Origin: Faecousia sp.
GTDB lineage: Bacteria; Bacillota; Clostridia; Oscillospirales; Oscillospiraceae
Direction: 5' to 3'
Assembly (NCBI GenBank): GCA_045531815.1
Contig: JAZSER010000043.1
Location: forward strand, 2,297 to 66,296
DNA: 64,000 nt
The first letter of the stretch is position 1, and every line of letters begins with the position of its first letter. Shown one piece after another: positions 47,121-57,332 of the stretch. The notes beneath the pieces are model-generated. The model saw only the letters and a list, made by a program, of their open reading frames with translations, ran no database searches and was not told the DNA's origin. Both the position numbers and the translations under genes were made by a program.

Positions 47121-48527
47121 ATGAAAAACAGCACTACAGTTATATCTCAGGAAGCAATTGCGGAGCAATCCGCTTTCTGTAATCAGATACAAGCATATTG
47201 GCTCGAACGGGACCGGGTGCCTTGTGCCTATGTGGAGACCTACGGCTGTCAGCAGAACGAAGCGGACTCCGAACGCATCCGGGGTATGCTCAGCGAAAGC
47301 GGATACCGTATCACAGATTCTGCAGAAGGCGCGGATGTGGTCGTAATGAATACCTGCGCAATACGCGAACATGCAGAGCAGCGGGTGTTCGGAAATTTGG
47401 GAGCATTGACCCACACAAAGCGTCGTCACCCTGCCCAGAAAATTTTCCTTTGCGGCTGCATGGCAGGTCAAAGCCACGTGGTGGAGCGCATCAAAAAGAG
47501 TTTCCCCCATGTTGACGGTGTATTTTCTACCCATCACCTTTGGCAATTTCCGCAGCTGCTTCACCGGGTCCTGACCGTTGGGAAGCGTTCCTATTTTGTT
47601 GAAGATGAGCCGGGCTCCATTGCCGAGGGCCTGCCGCAGCTGCGGGACAACACCTTAAAGGCTTGGGTTTCCATTATGTACGGGTGCAATAATTTCTGCA
47701 CCTACTGTATTGTTCCCTATGTCCGCGGACGCGAGCGCAGCCGTCGTCCGGAGCATATTCTTGCAGAATGCCGGCAGCTCATCGAAAGCGGCACAAAGGA
47801 GATCACACTTCTGGGGCAAAATGTCAATTCTTACGGAAAAGATCTGGAATGCGGTGTCGATTTTTCGGATCTTCTTCTGCAGATCGCTGCAATACCGGGA
47901 GATTTTCTCATCCGCTTTATGACAAGCCACCCCCGGGATGCCGGCAAAAAACTCTTTGATACCATGGCTTCTTCCAAAAAGATCGCCAAGCAGCTGCATC
48001 TGCCCTTCCAGTCCGGTTGCAGCCGGGTACTCAAAGCAATGAACCGGCATTACGATCGGGAAAAATATATAGATCTTGTCAACTATGCAAAATCCGTTAT
48101 GCCGGAGCTTGTTCTGACATCGGATGTTATCGTGGGATTCCCCGGGGAGACCGAGGAAGAATTCGAAGAAACCATCAGCTTGATCCAAAGCGTTCGCTAC
48201 GATGCGCTGTTCACATTTATCTTCTCCCCCCGGGCCGGTACACCCGCTGCCTCTATGGATGACCCAACACCCAAGGAAGAAAAGAACCGTCGCTTCGACA
48301 GGCTGTGTGCTGTGCAGAATGAGATCTCCGAGCAGATCCACACCGGTTATGTGGGCAAGGATTTCCGCTGCCTGATCGATGGCTCAGACGGAGATCTTCT
48401 GACCGCCCGCACGGAAGGCGGCAGATTGGTTCGGCTTCCCGGTGATCCGTCCCGCATCGGCACATTTGCTACAGTTACAATCACAGGCTCCACCACCTGG
48501 AGCCTGACAGGAAAAATTTCGGAATAG
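47121..48527 (+). CDS. miaB: tRNA 2-methylthiotransferase MiaB
   Basis: TYGCQQNEADS, NTCAIRE, CNNFCTYC radical SAM, TRAM domain. Confidence 0.95.
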   Translation: MKNSTTVISQEAIAEQSAFCNQIQAYWLERDRVPCAYVETYGCQQNEADSERIRGMLSESGYRITDSAEGADVVVMNTCAIREHAEQRVFGNLGALTHTKRRHPAQKIFLCGCMAGQSHVVERIKKSFPHVDGVFSTHHLWQFPQLLHRVLTVGKRSYFVEDEPGSIAEGLPQLRDNTLKAWVSIMYGCNNFCTYCIVPYVRGRERSRRPEHILAECRQLIESGTKEITLLGQNVNSYGKDLECGVDFSDLLLQIAAIPGDFLIRFMTSHPRDAGKKLFDTMASSKKIAKQLHLPFQSGCSRVLKAMNRHYDREKYIDLVNYAKSVMPELVLTSDVIVGFPGETEEEFEETISLIQSVRYDALFTFIFSPRAGTPAASMDDPTPKEEKNRRFDRLCAVQNEISEQIHTGYVGKDFRCLIDGSDGDLLTARTEGGRLVRLPGDPSRIGTFATVTITGSTTWSLTGKISE

Positions 48528-48539
48528 GAATGAAATATC

Positions 48540-51146
48540 ATGGCTGCAGAGAAAAATGAGCTGACCCCAATGAAGCGTCAGTACAATGCCATCAAAGAAA
48601 AAAATCAGGATAGTATTCTGTTCTTCCGCCTTGGCGATTTCTACGAAATGTTTGACGAAGATGCCAGGCTGGCTGCAAGAGAGCTGGATCTGACGCTCAC
48701 CACCCGGGACAGAAATAAGCCCAAGGAGGAGCAAACACCCATGTGCGGTGTCCCCTACCATTCTGTTGATGCCTATATCGCAAGGTTGGTGGCAAAGGGC
48801 TACAAAGTCGCAATTTGTGAGCAGGTTGAAGACCCGGCAACTGCAAAAGGGATTGTCGATCGGGATATTACCCGGATCGTAACCCCGGGTACTGTCACAG
48901 AAAGCTGTATGCTGGATGAAAGCAAGAACAACTACATTTCTTGTATTTACGGAGAAAACGGACAGTACGGTCTTGCTTTCTGCGATGTTTCAACCGGTGC
49001 TTTCTTCGTCACCAACTGTGCTGATGCCTCCGCTGCAGCCAGTGAGCTTGGACGGTTTTCTCCCGCCGAGGTGATTCGCGGTGGTGAAGGCAGCAAAGCT
49101 CCTGTGATTGAAGATGCCCTGTTCCATCGGCTCAACTGCTGCATCGATGAAGCCACAGATGAGCAATTTGATCTTCATGCCTCTCTTGACCTGCTGGAAG
49201 CGCATTTCCGGCAGACACCCGCTCAGCTGGGTCTGACGGGACTTCCTGCTGCCGCAACCGCTGCAGGCACACTGTTGAAAACACTGCAATTCGTCCAAAA
49301 GAATGAGCTTGCCCACATCCGCCAGCTGCAGTATTACTCCACGGGGCGGTTTATGGAGCTGGACATGGATGCGCGCAGGAATCTGGAACTGACCGAAACC
49401 ATGCGCAGCAAGGAGAAAAAAGGATCTCTGCTTTGGGTGCTGGACAAGACCCATACACCAATGGGCGGACGTATGCTGCGCAGTTGGTTGGAAAAGCCGT
49501 TGCTGGATGCTGCTCTGATCGGCCGCCGACACAGTGCCGTGGAAGAGCTCTTCGGTTCGACCATCAGCCGTGGTGAGCTGGCAGATGCGCTGAAGGAAGT
49601 TACCGACCTGGAACGCGTCACCACCCGAATCGTTACCGGCACTGTAAACTGTCGTGATCTTCTGGGACTTGCCAGAGGTTTGCGCGCCCTGCCCATCGTG
49701 AAGCAGCAGCTGCAGGCAATGGAAGCGCCTTTGCTTCAAAAGCTTGCCCAGCAGGTCGACCCGCTGGGTGACTGCGCTACTTTGATTGAAAACACCATCG
49801 TTGATGATCCTCCCCTCACCGTACGGGAAGGCGGCATTATCCGACCCGGTGCGAATGCCGAAGCGGACCGCCTGCGGGACATCATGAATGGCGGTGAGGG
49901 TACGATCGCTGCAATCGAGTCCTCCGAGCGGGATAAGACAGGCATCCGTACACTGCGCGTCGGTTATAACCGCGTATTTGGATACTATATCGAGGTTTCC
50001 AAATCCTTTATGGATCAAGTTCCCGAGCATTACATCCGCAAACAGACTCTGGCAAACTGTGAACGCTATATCACGCAGGAACTGAAAGACCTGGAAAACC
50101 AGGTGCTGACAGCCAAAGAGCGCCTTACTGCGCTGGAATATCAGATCTTTACTGCGCTTCGTGAGCATCTTGCCCAGCAAGCGCCCCGAATCCAGCAATC
50201 TGCTGCAGCCGTTGCAGAAGCAGATGTGCTTTACTCACTGGCCACAGTAGCCGTTCAGCGTGGCTACTGCCGACCGGAGATCACGCTGGGCAACGAGATC
50301 AGCATTACAGACGGACGCCACCCTGTTGTAGAGCAGATGCTAAGTGACAGCCTGTTTGTTCCGAATGATACAGAACTTGGACGAGCGGACAATCAGGTTT
50401 CCATCATAACAGGACCAAACATGGCCGGTAAATCTACCTATATGCGCCAGGTGGCACTGATCGTGCTGATGGCACAGATGGGCTCCTTTGTTCCTGCCCG
50501 CAATGCACGCATTGGTCTTGTTGACCGGGTATTCACCCGTATTGGTGCCAGCGACGACTTGGCTTCCGGTCAATCCACTTTTATGGTCGAAATGGCAGAA
50601 GTCGCCTCTATTCTGAAATACGCGACCTCCAAGAGCCTTTTAATCCTTGACGAAATCGGGCGCGGCACATCCACTTATGACGGAATGTCCATTGCGCGAG
50701 CCGTGTTGGAATACGCTGCCAATCCCCGGCATTTGGGCGCAAAAACCCTCTTTGCCACCCACTATCATGAGCTGAGTACCATCGAAGACGAATTGCCCAA
50801 TGTAAAGAACTACAACATTGCGGTAAAAAAGCGCGGAGACAAGATGATCTTCCTTCGCAAGATCCTTCCCGGTGCCACGGACGACAGCTACGGTATTGAG
50901 GTTGCAAAGCTGGCAGGTATTCCCTCCAGCGTGATCACCCGTGCCCGTCAGATCCTTTCCTCACTGGAAGCTGAGGGCGCACCCGCTCCCAGCCATGTGG
51001 TTCACGAACCCGAACAAGAGCAGATGAGCATGCTGGACCTGAACAGCACCCAGGTCTGTGCAGCACTGGAAAAGATCAACGTGGAAACCCTCACACCCAT
51101 TGAAGCTATGAACGAGCTTTACAAGCTCAAGAAAATGATTCAATAA
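48540..51146 (+). CDS. mutS: Mismatch repair protein MutS
   Basis: GDFYEMF, TGPNMAGKST, DEIGRGT, SYGIEVA. Confidence 0.97.
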   Translation: MAAEKNELTPMKRQYNAIKEKNQDSILFFRLGDFYEMFDEDARLAARELDLTLTTRDRNKPKEEQTPMCGVPYHSVDAYIARLVAKGYKVAICEQVEDPATAKGIVDRDITRIVTPGTVTESCMLDESKNNYISCIYGENGQYGLAFCDVSTGAFFVTNCADASAAASELGRFSPAEVIRGGEGSKAPVIEDALFHRLNCCIDEATDEQFDLHASLDLLEAHFRQTPAQLGLTGLPAAATAAGTLLKTLQFVQKNELAHIRQLQYYSTGRFMELDMDARRNLELTETMRSKEKKGSLLWVLDKTHTPMGGRMLRSWLEKPLLDAALIGRRHSAVEELFGSTISRGELADALKEVTDLERVTTRIVTGTVNCRDLLGLARGLRALPIVKQQLQAMEAPLLQKLAQQVDPLGDCATLIENTIVDDPPLTVREGGIIRPGANAEADRLRDIMNGGEGTIAAIESSERDKTGIRTLRVGYNRVFGYYIEVSKSFMDQVPEHYIRKQTLANCERYITQELKDLENQVLTAKERLTALEYQIFTALREHLAQQAPRIQQSAAAVAEADVLYSLATVAVQRGYCRPEITLGNEISITDGRHPVVEQMLSDSLFVPNDTELGRADNQVSIITGPNMAGKSTYMRQVALIVLMAQMGSFVPARNARIGLVDRVFTRIGASDDLASGQSTFMVEMAEVASILKYATSKSLLILDEIGRGTSTYDGMSIARAVLEYAANPRHLGAKTLFATHYHELSTIEDELPNVKNYNIAVKKRGDKMIFLRKILPGATDDSYGIEVAKLAGIPSSVITRARQILSSLEAEGAPAPSHVVHEPEQEQMSMLDLNSTQVCAALEKINVETLTPIEAMNELYKLKKMIQ

Positions 51147-51147
51147 T

Positions 51148-51837
51148 ATGAAAAAACTTTGCGTTACACTAACTAAAGCAGAAACAATTCTTGGTATCAT
51201 ATATTTGATATCCCAATTTCTTGTGGTGCAGCCGGCACTGGTTTTCATCAATCTTTCTTTGCCGGTTCCTATGACCGACGCTGTTCTGAATTTTGTTTTC
51301 TTCAGCGTCAACTTTTTCTTCACCACACTGATCTTCCACCGTTTTCTGATAGAAAACGCGCGTATCGCAATGAGTAACATCATTTCCTGCATCCGAAGTG
51401 CTCTTGCAGGCTTTGGCTGGAGTTGGTTTGCCAATGTGATACTAAATATAATCATTTTTTCTGCTTTTCCGGATTTCTTCAATGTCAACGATTCTCTCAT
51501 TGATGAACTGGCCAGGGAGAATCTTCCTCTGATTGCCATAGGCACAGTTCTTCTGGCTCCGGTAGCAGAAGAGCTGCTGTACCGCGGACTGATCTTCCGG
51601 AACCTATACAACCGGAGCAGAGTACTTGCCTACACTGTTACCAGCGTTCTGTTTTCTCTTCTGCATGTGATCGGCTATATCGGCACCTATTCCCCATTGC
51701 AGCTTTCGATTTGCTTTATTCAGTATCTGCCCGCATCGCTGATCCTTTGCTGGGCCTATGTGCGCTCAGGCACTATCTGGTCTCCGATCCTAATGCACGT
51801 ATTTTCCAATTTTCTGGCTATTATTTCCATGAGGTGA
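51148..51837 (+). CDS. CPBP/Abi-family intramembrane metalloprotease
   Basis: EELLYRG, FSLLH, HVFSN. Confidence 0.88.
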   Translation: MKKLCVTLTKAETILGIIYLISQFLVVQPALVFINLSLPVPMTDAVLNFVFFSVNFFFTTLIFHRFLIENARIAMSNIISCIRSALAGFGWSWFANVILNIIIFSAFPDFFNVNDSLIDELARENLPLIAIGTVLLAPVAEELLYRGLIFRNLYNRSRVLAYTVTSVLFSLLHVIGYIGTYSPLQLSICFIQYLPASLILCWAYVRSGTIWSPILMHVFSNFLAIISMR

Positions 51838-51842
51838 AACAA

Positions 51843-53768
51843 ATGCCCAAGATCATTCAGCTTTCCTCCCATGTTGCCAATTTGATTGCTGCCGGCGAAG
51901 TGGTGGAGCGGCCTGCATCCGTCATCAAAGAACTGCTTGAAAACGCGGTGGATGCCGGTGCTTCTGCCATCACTGTGGAAATCCGCGACGGCGGCATGAC
52001 CTTTATCCGCGTAACGGATAACGGCTGTGGCATGAGTCCCGAGGATGCCGAGACAGCCTTCTTGCGGCATGCTACCTCCAAGCTGCGCAGCGCAGAAGAC
52101 TTGGCAGCCATCTCCACTATGGGCTTTCGCGGTGAAGCGTTGGCCGCCATCGCATCCGTAAGCCGGATCGATCTTCTGACAAAAACTGCCGGTGCAATCA
52201 GTGGTGTCAGCCTGCATTTGGAAGCAGGTAACATTCAGGAAAACACAGAGGCCGGCTGCCCTGTAGGTACAACCATCATCGTTCGGGATCTTTTTTACAA
52301 CACACCCGCCAGAATGAAATTCATGAAATCGGATTCTGTGGAAGGCAGCCGGGTCGCAGCAGCCGTTCAGCTGCAGGCTTTGGCGCATCCGGATGTGGCA
52401 TTGCGTTTTCTTCGGGATGGAAAAGAGATCCTATCCACTCCCGGAAAAGGCGGATTGGAAGCTGCAGTATACAGTATTTACGGCAAAGACGGTGGAAAAA
52501 TGATCCCGGTGGACAGCCGCTGGGACAGTTATTCCCTTCGCGGCTATGTATCCAAGCCAACAGATGCCCGTCCCAGCAGAAGCTTACAGACCTTTTTTGT
52601 AAACGGCCGCCCCGTCAAATCCCGGATCCTCATTGCAGCATTAGAAGAAGCCTACCGCAATCAGATCATGGTAGGTAAATTCCCCGGCTGTGTTCTGCAT
52701 CTGATGCTGCCTGCCAACGCGGTGGATGTGAATGTACATCCCGCAAAAACAGAAGTTAAATTTCTCAACGAAAAGGCTGTATTTGACTGCATACATTACG
52801 GTGTCCTCGGTGCACTGAATCAGACCCAGGACAGACCTCCTGTGCAGTTTAAGCCATCCCCTCCCCCAGTGATTCCCGCTTCATCTGTTACCGCCAATAC
52901 AGGAAACACGCCTGTCAAGCAAGCAGATTTCTTCCGGACAATGAATGCCGCGGAATACCAAACATTTGCAAAGTCTTTACAGAGTGCGCCCCGTCCTACC
53001 CCGTCCGCAGCAGCGGCAACGGTTGCCGCTGTTGAACGCTCTGCAGCCTCTACACTGAGGGAAAAGCCTTTGCTTCCCGGAGATTTGATCCCGGCAATTC
53101 GTAGCACCACTATCCCTGCGCCTGAAGCGCCTTGTGTATCTTCTTCCGTTGATCCGGTACAAGAGGAGGCCCAGCAGATCAGCCTGCCAATGCCGGAGTC
53201 TGAATCCTGGCGAATGGTTGGCGAGCTCTACCGCTCCTATATCCTCGTCGAACAGGGCGAGGATGCTTTCCTCATCGATAAACACGCTGCACATGAGCGA
53301 ATTCTTTTCGACAAGCTGAAAGCAAACCAAGAGCCCATCAGCTCTCAGGCGCTGATCACGCCATTGACCTGCCGCGTTGCACCGGAAAATGCAGCAATAC
53401 TCCTGGCCAACAGCAAGCTGCTGCTGGAGCTCGGATTTGAAATTGATGAATTTGGTGCGAACACCGTCTTATTGCGGCAGATCCCTATGGATCTTTCTGC
53501 CGAAGATGCTTTGGATACACTGGAGTCCTTATCCCAGGACTTGCTCAACGGACGCAGGGAAAAAGCAACCAACGTCCGGGACGAAATGCTCCATACGGTT
53601 GCCTGCAAAGCGGCCATTAAAGCCGGCTGGCAAACGGACGAAAAAGAGCTTTTGGCACTTGTTCGCCAGGTCATGGCGCGAGAAGATCTAAAGTACTGTC
53701 CCCACGGCAGACCGATCTGCATCAGTTTGAGCAAGAAACAGCTGGAAAAGCAGTTTAAACGCACCTGA
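51843..53768 (+). CDS. mutL: Mismatch repair endonuclease MutL
   Basis: IAAGEVVERP, GFRGEAL, DKHAAHER, ACK, CPHGRP. Confidence 0.97.
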   Translation: MPKIIQLSSHVANLIAAGEVVERPASVIKELLENAVDAGASAITVEIRDGGMTFIRVTDNGCGMSPEDAETAFLRHATSKLRSAEDLAAISTMGFRGEALAAIASVSRIDLLTKTAGAISGVSLHLEAGNIQENTEAGCPVGTTIIVRDLFYNTPARMKFMKSDSVEGSRVAAAVQLQALAHPDVALRFLRDGKEILSTPGKGGLEAAVYSIYGKDGGKMIPVDSRWDSYSLRGYVSKPTDARPSRSLQTFFVNGRPVKSRILIAALEEAYRNQIMVGKFPGCVLHLMLPANAVDVNVHPAKTEVKFLNEKAVFDCIHYGVLGALNQTQDRPPVQFKPSPPPVIPASSVTANTGNTPVKQADFFRTMNAAEYQTFAKSLQSAPRPTPSAAAATVAAVERSAASTLREKPLLPGDLIPAIRSTTIPAPEAPCVSSSVDPVQEEAQQISLPMPESESWRMVGELYRSYILVEQGEDAFLIDKHAAHERILFDKLKANQEPISSQALITPLTCRVAPENAAILLANSKLLLELGFEIDEFGANTVLLRQIPMDLSAEDALDTLESLSQDLLNGRREKATNVRDEMLHTVACKAAIKAGWQTDEKELLALVRQVMAREDLKYCPHGRPICISLSKKQLEKQFKRT

Positions 53769-53808
53769 GGCAGCTTTCAGCTGTCCATATTCCGAAGGAG
53801 GACCATCT

Positions 53809-54744
53809 ATGAATCGAATCATCTGCATTGCCGGTCCTACAGCCTCCGGTAAAACAGCGCTCTCCATCGCCTTGGCCAAGGCATTGGATGGTGAGGTTGT
53901 TTCCTGCGATTCCATGCAAGTCTACAAATACATGGATATCGGAACCGCAAAGCCCACCGCAGAAGAAAGGGGTACGATCCCACACCATATGCTGGATGTG
54001 GCTGACCCTTCAGAAGACTTCTCAGTAAGCCGGTACTGCAGCATGGCTGCCCCCATTGTGGACGACATCCTTGCCCGGGGAAAAACCGCTATAATTGCCG
54101 GCGGCACCGGGCTTTATATGGACGCATTGATCCGTGGAAACGCATTTGCCCCCTACCCTTCCACCGGTATGCGCGAGAAACTGGAGCAGCAGGCCGATGC
54201 TGACGGAATGGAAGCTATGCTTAAGCTTCTTGCCTCCATAGACCCGGAGTCTGCCGCCCGGCTGCACCTGAAGGATCGGAAGCGAATTCTGCGGGCATTG
54301 GAAGTCTACTACGAAACCGGCACGACCATCACTGAGCATAACAGGCAAACACAGCTGCTGCCCCCCCGTTACGATCCTATATGGTTTGCACTTGAAGACG
54401 CAGAGCGTTCCACACTGTATCAAAGAATCGATTCCCGGGTGGACAAAATGCTTGCAGACGGCCTACTGGATGAGATCCGTTTTCTGTTGGATCGGGGCAT
54501 TCCCGAAAAATCCACAGCCATGCAAGCCATTGGGTATAAAGAATTTGTGGATGCTTTGGCCGGTCGCTGCAGCATCGAGGAAGCCGCTGCACAGGTTCAG
54601 CAATCTTCCAGGCATTACGCAAAGCGTCAGCTGACCTGGTTCCGCCGCAATCCAAATATCCACTGGCTGACCAGAGCTTCCGGAGAAGGCACCGATAAAA
54701 TTCTTATGCGCCTGCGACAGCATCTGGCTGAATTCGACAATTGA
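53809..54744 (+). CDS. miaA: tRNA dimethylallyltransferase
   Basis: GPTASGKT, DSMQVY, GGTGLY, YAKRQLTW. Confidence 0.96.
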   Translation: MNRIICIAGPTASGKTALSIALAKALDGEVVSCDSMQVYKYMDIGTAKPTAEERGTIPHHMLDVADPSEDFSVSRYCSMAAPIVDDILARGKTAIIAGGTGLYMDALIRGNAFAPYPSTGMREKLEQQADADGMEAMLKLLASIDPESAARLHLKDRKRILRALEVYYETGTTITEHNRQTQLLPPRYDPIWFALEDAERSTLYQRIDSRVDKMLADGLLDEIRFLLDRGIPEKSTAMQAIGYKEFVDALAGRCSIEEAAAQVQQSSRHYAKRQLTWFRRNPNIHWLTRASGEGTDKILMRLRQHLAEFDN

Positions 54745-54799
54745 AAAATGGTAAGATTTATGTATCCCGGCGGGAATTTCAAAGAAAGAGGGTATACAT

Positions 54800-55027
54800 A
54801 TGTCTGATCAAACAAATTTACAGGATGCCATTCTCAACGAGGTGCGTAAGGAAAAAGTTCCCATCACACTCTTTTTGATGAACGGCTTTCAGCTCCGGGG
54901 CACGATCACCGGCTTTGACAGCTTCGTGGTCGTTCTGGTTACAGACGGCAAACAGCAAATGATCTACAAGCATGCCATCTCGACACTGGCCCCCATTCGA
55001 CCCCTGAAAGCAGCTCAGACTGCGTAA
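54800..55027 (+). CDS. hfq: RNA chaperone Hfq
   Basis: [24 protein letters not shown]. Confidence 0.96.
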   Translation: MSDQTNLQDAILNEVRKEKVPITLFLMNGFQLRGTITGFDSFVVVLVTDGKQQMIYKHAISTLAPIRPLKAAQTA

Positions 55028-55106
55028 CCAAAAGGGCGGCGGAGCAACGCTTCGCTGCCCTTTTGTTTATGTCCTCGGGAACAAAAATGTTAGAAGGTAA
55101 TCAATC

Positions 55107-55805
55107 ATGTCTATTGCAGAAAACATTGCCCATATTCGCGCTCAGATCCGTCAGGCAGCCCTGGAAGCCGGCAGAGATCCCGGCCAGATTCAATTATGTG
55201 CTGCCACCAAAATGAATAGCAGTGAGAAGGTCCGTCTTGCCATTGCATCCGGTGTGGATTGCTGCGGAGAAAACCGTGTTCAGGAACTGACACAAAAGCT
55301 GCAGGAGCATGCCTACAACGGCGCGCCGGTCCATTTCATTGGACACCTGCAGACCAACAAGGTAAAGCAAGTTGTCGGCAAGGTGGATCTGATCCAAAGC
55401 GTGGATTCTGTACGACTCTTGGATGCGATCCAGAAACAAGCAAAGAACATGTCTGTGATCCAAAATGTTCTCCTGGAAATCAACATTGCAAATGAAGAAA
55501 GTAAATCCGGGTTTTCCCCTTCCCAAATCCATTCTGTATGCGAAAGAATGTCCGAATATCCCAATATTTGTCTCCTTGGATTCATGGCAATCCCCCCGAT
55601 TTCCCGTAATCCCGGCGAAAATCGCAAATTTTTTCAAGAAATATACAACCTTGCTGTTGACATAACGGCAAAAAAATACGATAATGTATGGGTAAGAATT
55701 CTGTCTATGGGTATGTCTGATGATTATCAGGACGCCATCGCATGCGGCAGCACCATGATACGCATCGGCACCGGGATCTTCGGTGCCAGAGACTATACCA
55801 AATAA
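55107..55805 (+). CDS. yggS: PLP homeostasis protein YggS/YlmE
   Basis: GENRVQE, HFIGHLQTNK, LSMGMSDDY. Confidence 0.94.
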   Translation: MSIAENIAHIRAQIRQAALEAGRDPGQIQLCAATKMNSSEKVRLAIASGVDCCGENRVQELTQKLQEHAYNGAPVHFIGHLQTNKVKQVVGKVDLIQSVDSVRLLDAIQKQAKNMSVIQNVLLEINIANEESKSGFSPSQIHSVCERMSEYPNICLLGFMAIPPISRNPGENRKFFQEIYNLAVDITAKKYDNVWVRILSMGMSDDYQDAIACGSTMIRIGTGIFGARDYTK

Positions 55806-55837
55806 CGACACAACATATTTTAGGAGGATATAGATAT

Positions 55838-56338
55838 ATGAGTTTTTGGGACAATGTTAAGAAGTTTGCCCAGCCCTATTCCGATGATGAATACGATGAT
55901 TACGAGGACGAAATGGACGACGCAGCTGAGGAAGAGCAGGACGCACCCCGTCCCCGCCGCACTTCTCCGTTCTCCTCTGCACAGGATACCGAAAGCAGCT
56001 TCTCTTCTTCCCCCGCTTCTTCCTCTTCCGGCTTCAGCGGACAGGTTCTGAGCATGGGCTCCGGCAAACAGGAGGTCGTTCTCTTCCATGCCAAGACCTT
56101 TGAGGATGCTGCCAAGGCTTCTGACGAGCTGCGCAGAAAGAAGGCCGTTATCCTGAATATGGAAAATGTTGATAAGGCACTGACCCGTCGGGTCGTTGAC
56201 TTCCTCTCCGGCAGCGTTTACGCTCTGGATGGCAGTGTCAAGAAGATCGCCCAATCCACCTATCTGTTCTGCCCCCACAACATGGATGTTGTAGGCGACC
56301 TGGAGAATGTACAGGGCGAGATCGAAAGCTACATTTAA
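55838..56338 (+). CDS. sepF: Cell division protein SepF
   Basis: RRVVDFLSGSVYALDG. Confidence 0.93.
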   Translation: MSFWDNVKKFAQPYSDDEYDDYEDEMDDAAEEEQDAPRPRRTSPFSSAQDTESSFSSSPASSSSGFSGQVLSMGSGKQEVVLFHAKTFEDAAKASDELRRKKAVILNMENVDKALTRRVVDFLSGSVYALDGSVKKIAQSTYLFCPHNMDVVGDLENVQGEIESYI

Positions 56339-56361
56339 TTTAGGACAGTGAGGATAAACAT

Positions 56362-57051
56362 ATGTTTACACCACAACAGATAGATCAAATTGCCTTTAGT
56401 CGTGTTGCTTTTGGCGGCTACGATATGCAGGCTGTTGATGAGTTCCTGGAGCCTCTGACTGAGGACTATGTGACTCTGTACAAAGAAAACGCGCTCCTGA
56501 AGAGCAAAATGAAGGTGCTGGTCAGCAAACTGGAAGAGTACCGCAAGAACGAAGCCAGTATGAAAGACGCCATCGTCAATGCGCAGAAAACCTGCGACAT
56601 GATGGTTAAGGAAGCAGAGGCAAAGTGCACACAGATGCTCAACGATGCCAATGCCGCTGCCGCAGAGAACGCTAAAAATGCGGATGCTTTGATCGCTGCT
56701 GAGAATGCGCGCGTAGAAGAAGCCAAAAAGGTCGCTGCTACAAAGATCAACGATCTGCAGGAGCAGATCCGTTCCTGCATCCAGGCTTTGGACCGCATCA
56801 AGGAAGCAAATCGCCCTGTCCCCTCTGCTTCCGGTGCTGTGTTCAATTATGATCAGGCTGAGGGCAGCGGTGCTCATGAATCTGCTGCAGATGCTGTGGC
56901 GGCAGAGATCGCAGCCAACCTTCAAAATCTCGTAGGAACTACTGAGGATGTCTCTCCCAAGGCCGAGCCCAAGCATCCTACCACCGACACAACTACCGGC
57001 AAGTTTGCCAATCTGCAGTTCGGTCGGAATTACGATCCTACCCATCGCTAA
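56362..57051 (+). CDS. divIVA: DivIVA-domain protein
   Basis: FTPQQI...FGGYD..AVDEFL, coiled coil. Confidence 0.9.
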   Translation: MFTPQQIDQIAFSRVAFGGYDMQAVDEFLEPLTEDYVTLYKENALLKSKMKVLVSKLEEYRKNEASMKDAIVNAQKTCDMMVKEAEAKCTQMLNDANAAAAENAKNADALIAAENARVEEAKKVAATKINDLQEQIRSCIQALDRIKEANRPVPSASGAVFNYDQAEGSGAHESAADAVAAEIAANLQNLVGTTEDVSPKAEPKHPTTDTTTGKFANLQFGRNYDPTHR

Positions 57052-57059
57052 TTTAATAC

Positions 57060-57307
57060 AGGCATTGACGAGGACAAGCATGTTTGCATTCCGCTTTCAG
57101 AGAGCTGCCGGCAGGTGCGAGGCAGTAAGCAAAACAAATGTGTATCCCCTCTGAGCTGCGCGCCGAACCTCCGTTATGAGCAGTAGACCGCGCCGGGTAA
57201 GCCCGATACAGCGAACACGAGTGCCGGGTAACCGGAACAAGAGTGGTACCGCAGAGGTATAATATGCCTTTGTCTCTTGATGCAGGAGGCAAAGGCATTT
57301 TTATTTT
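57060..57307 (+). promoter_or_regulatory. T-box riboswitch with Ile (ATC) specifier
   Basis: AGAGA and GGTGCGA stem I motifs, ATC at 57144-57146, TGGTACC at 57244-57250, terminator ATGCCTTTG/CAAAGGCAT-TTTT. Confidence 0.92.
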
Positions 57308-57332
57308 GCAATTATTATGGAGGTATTATCCA

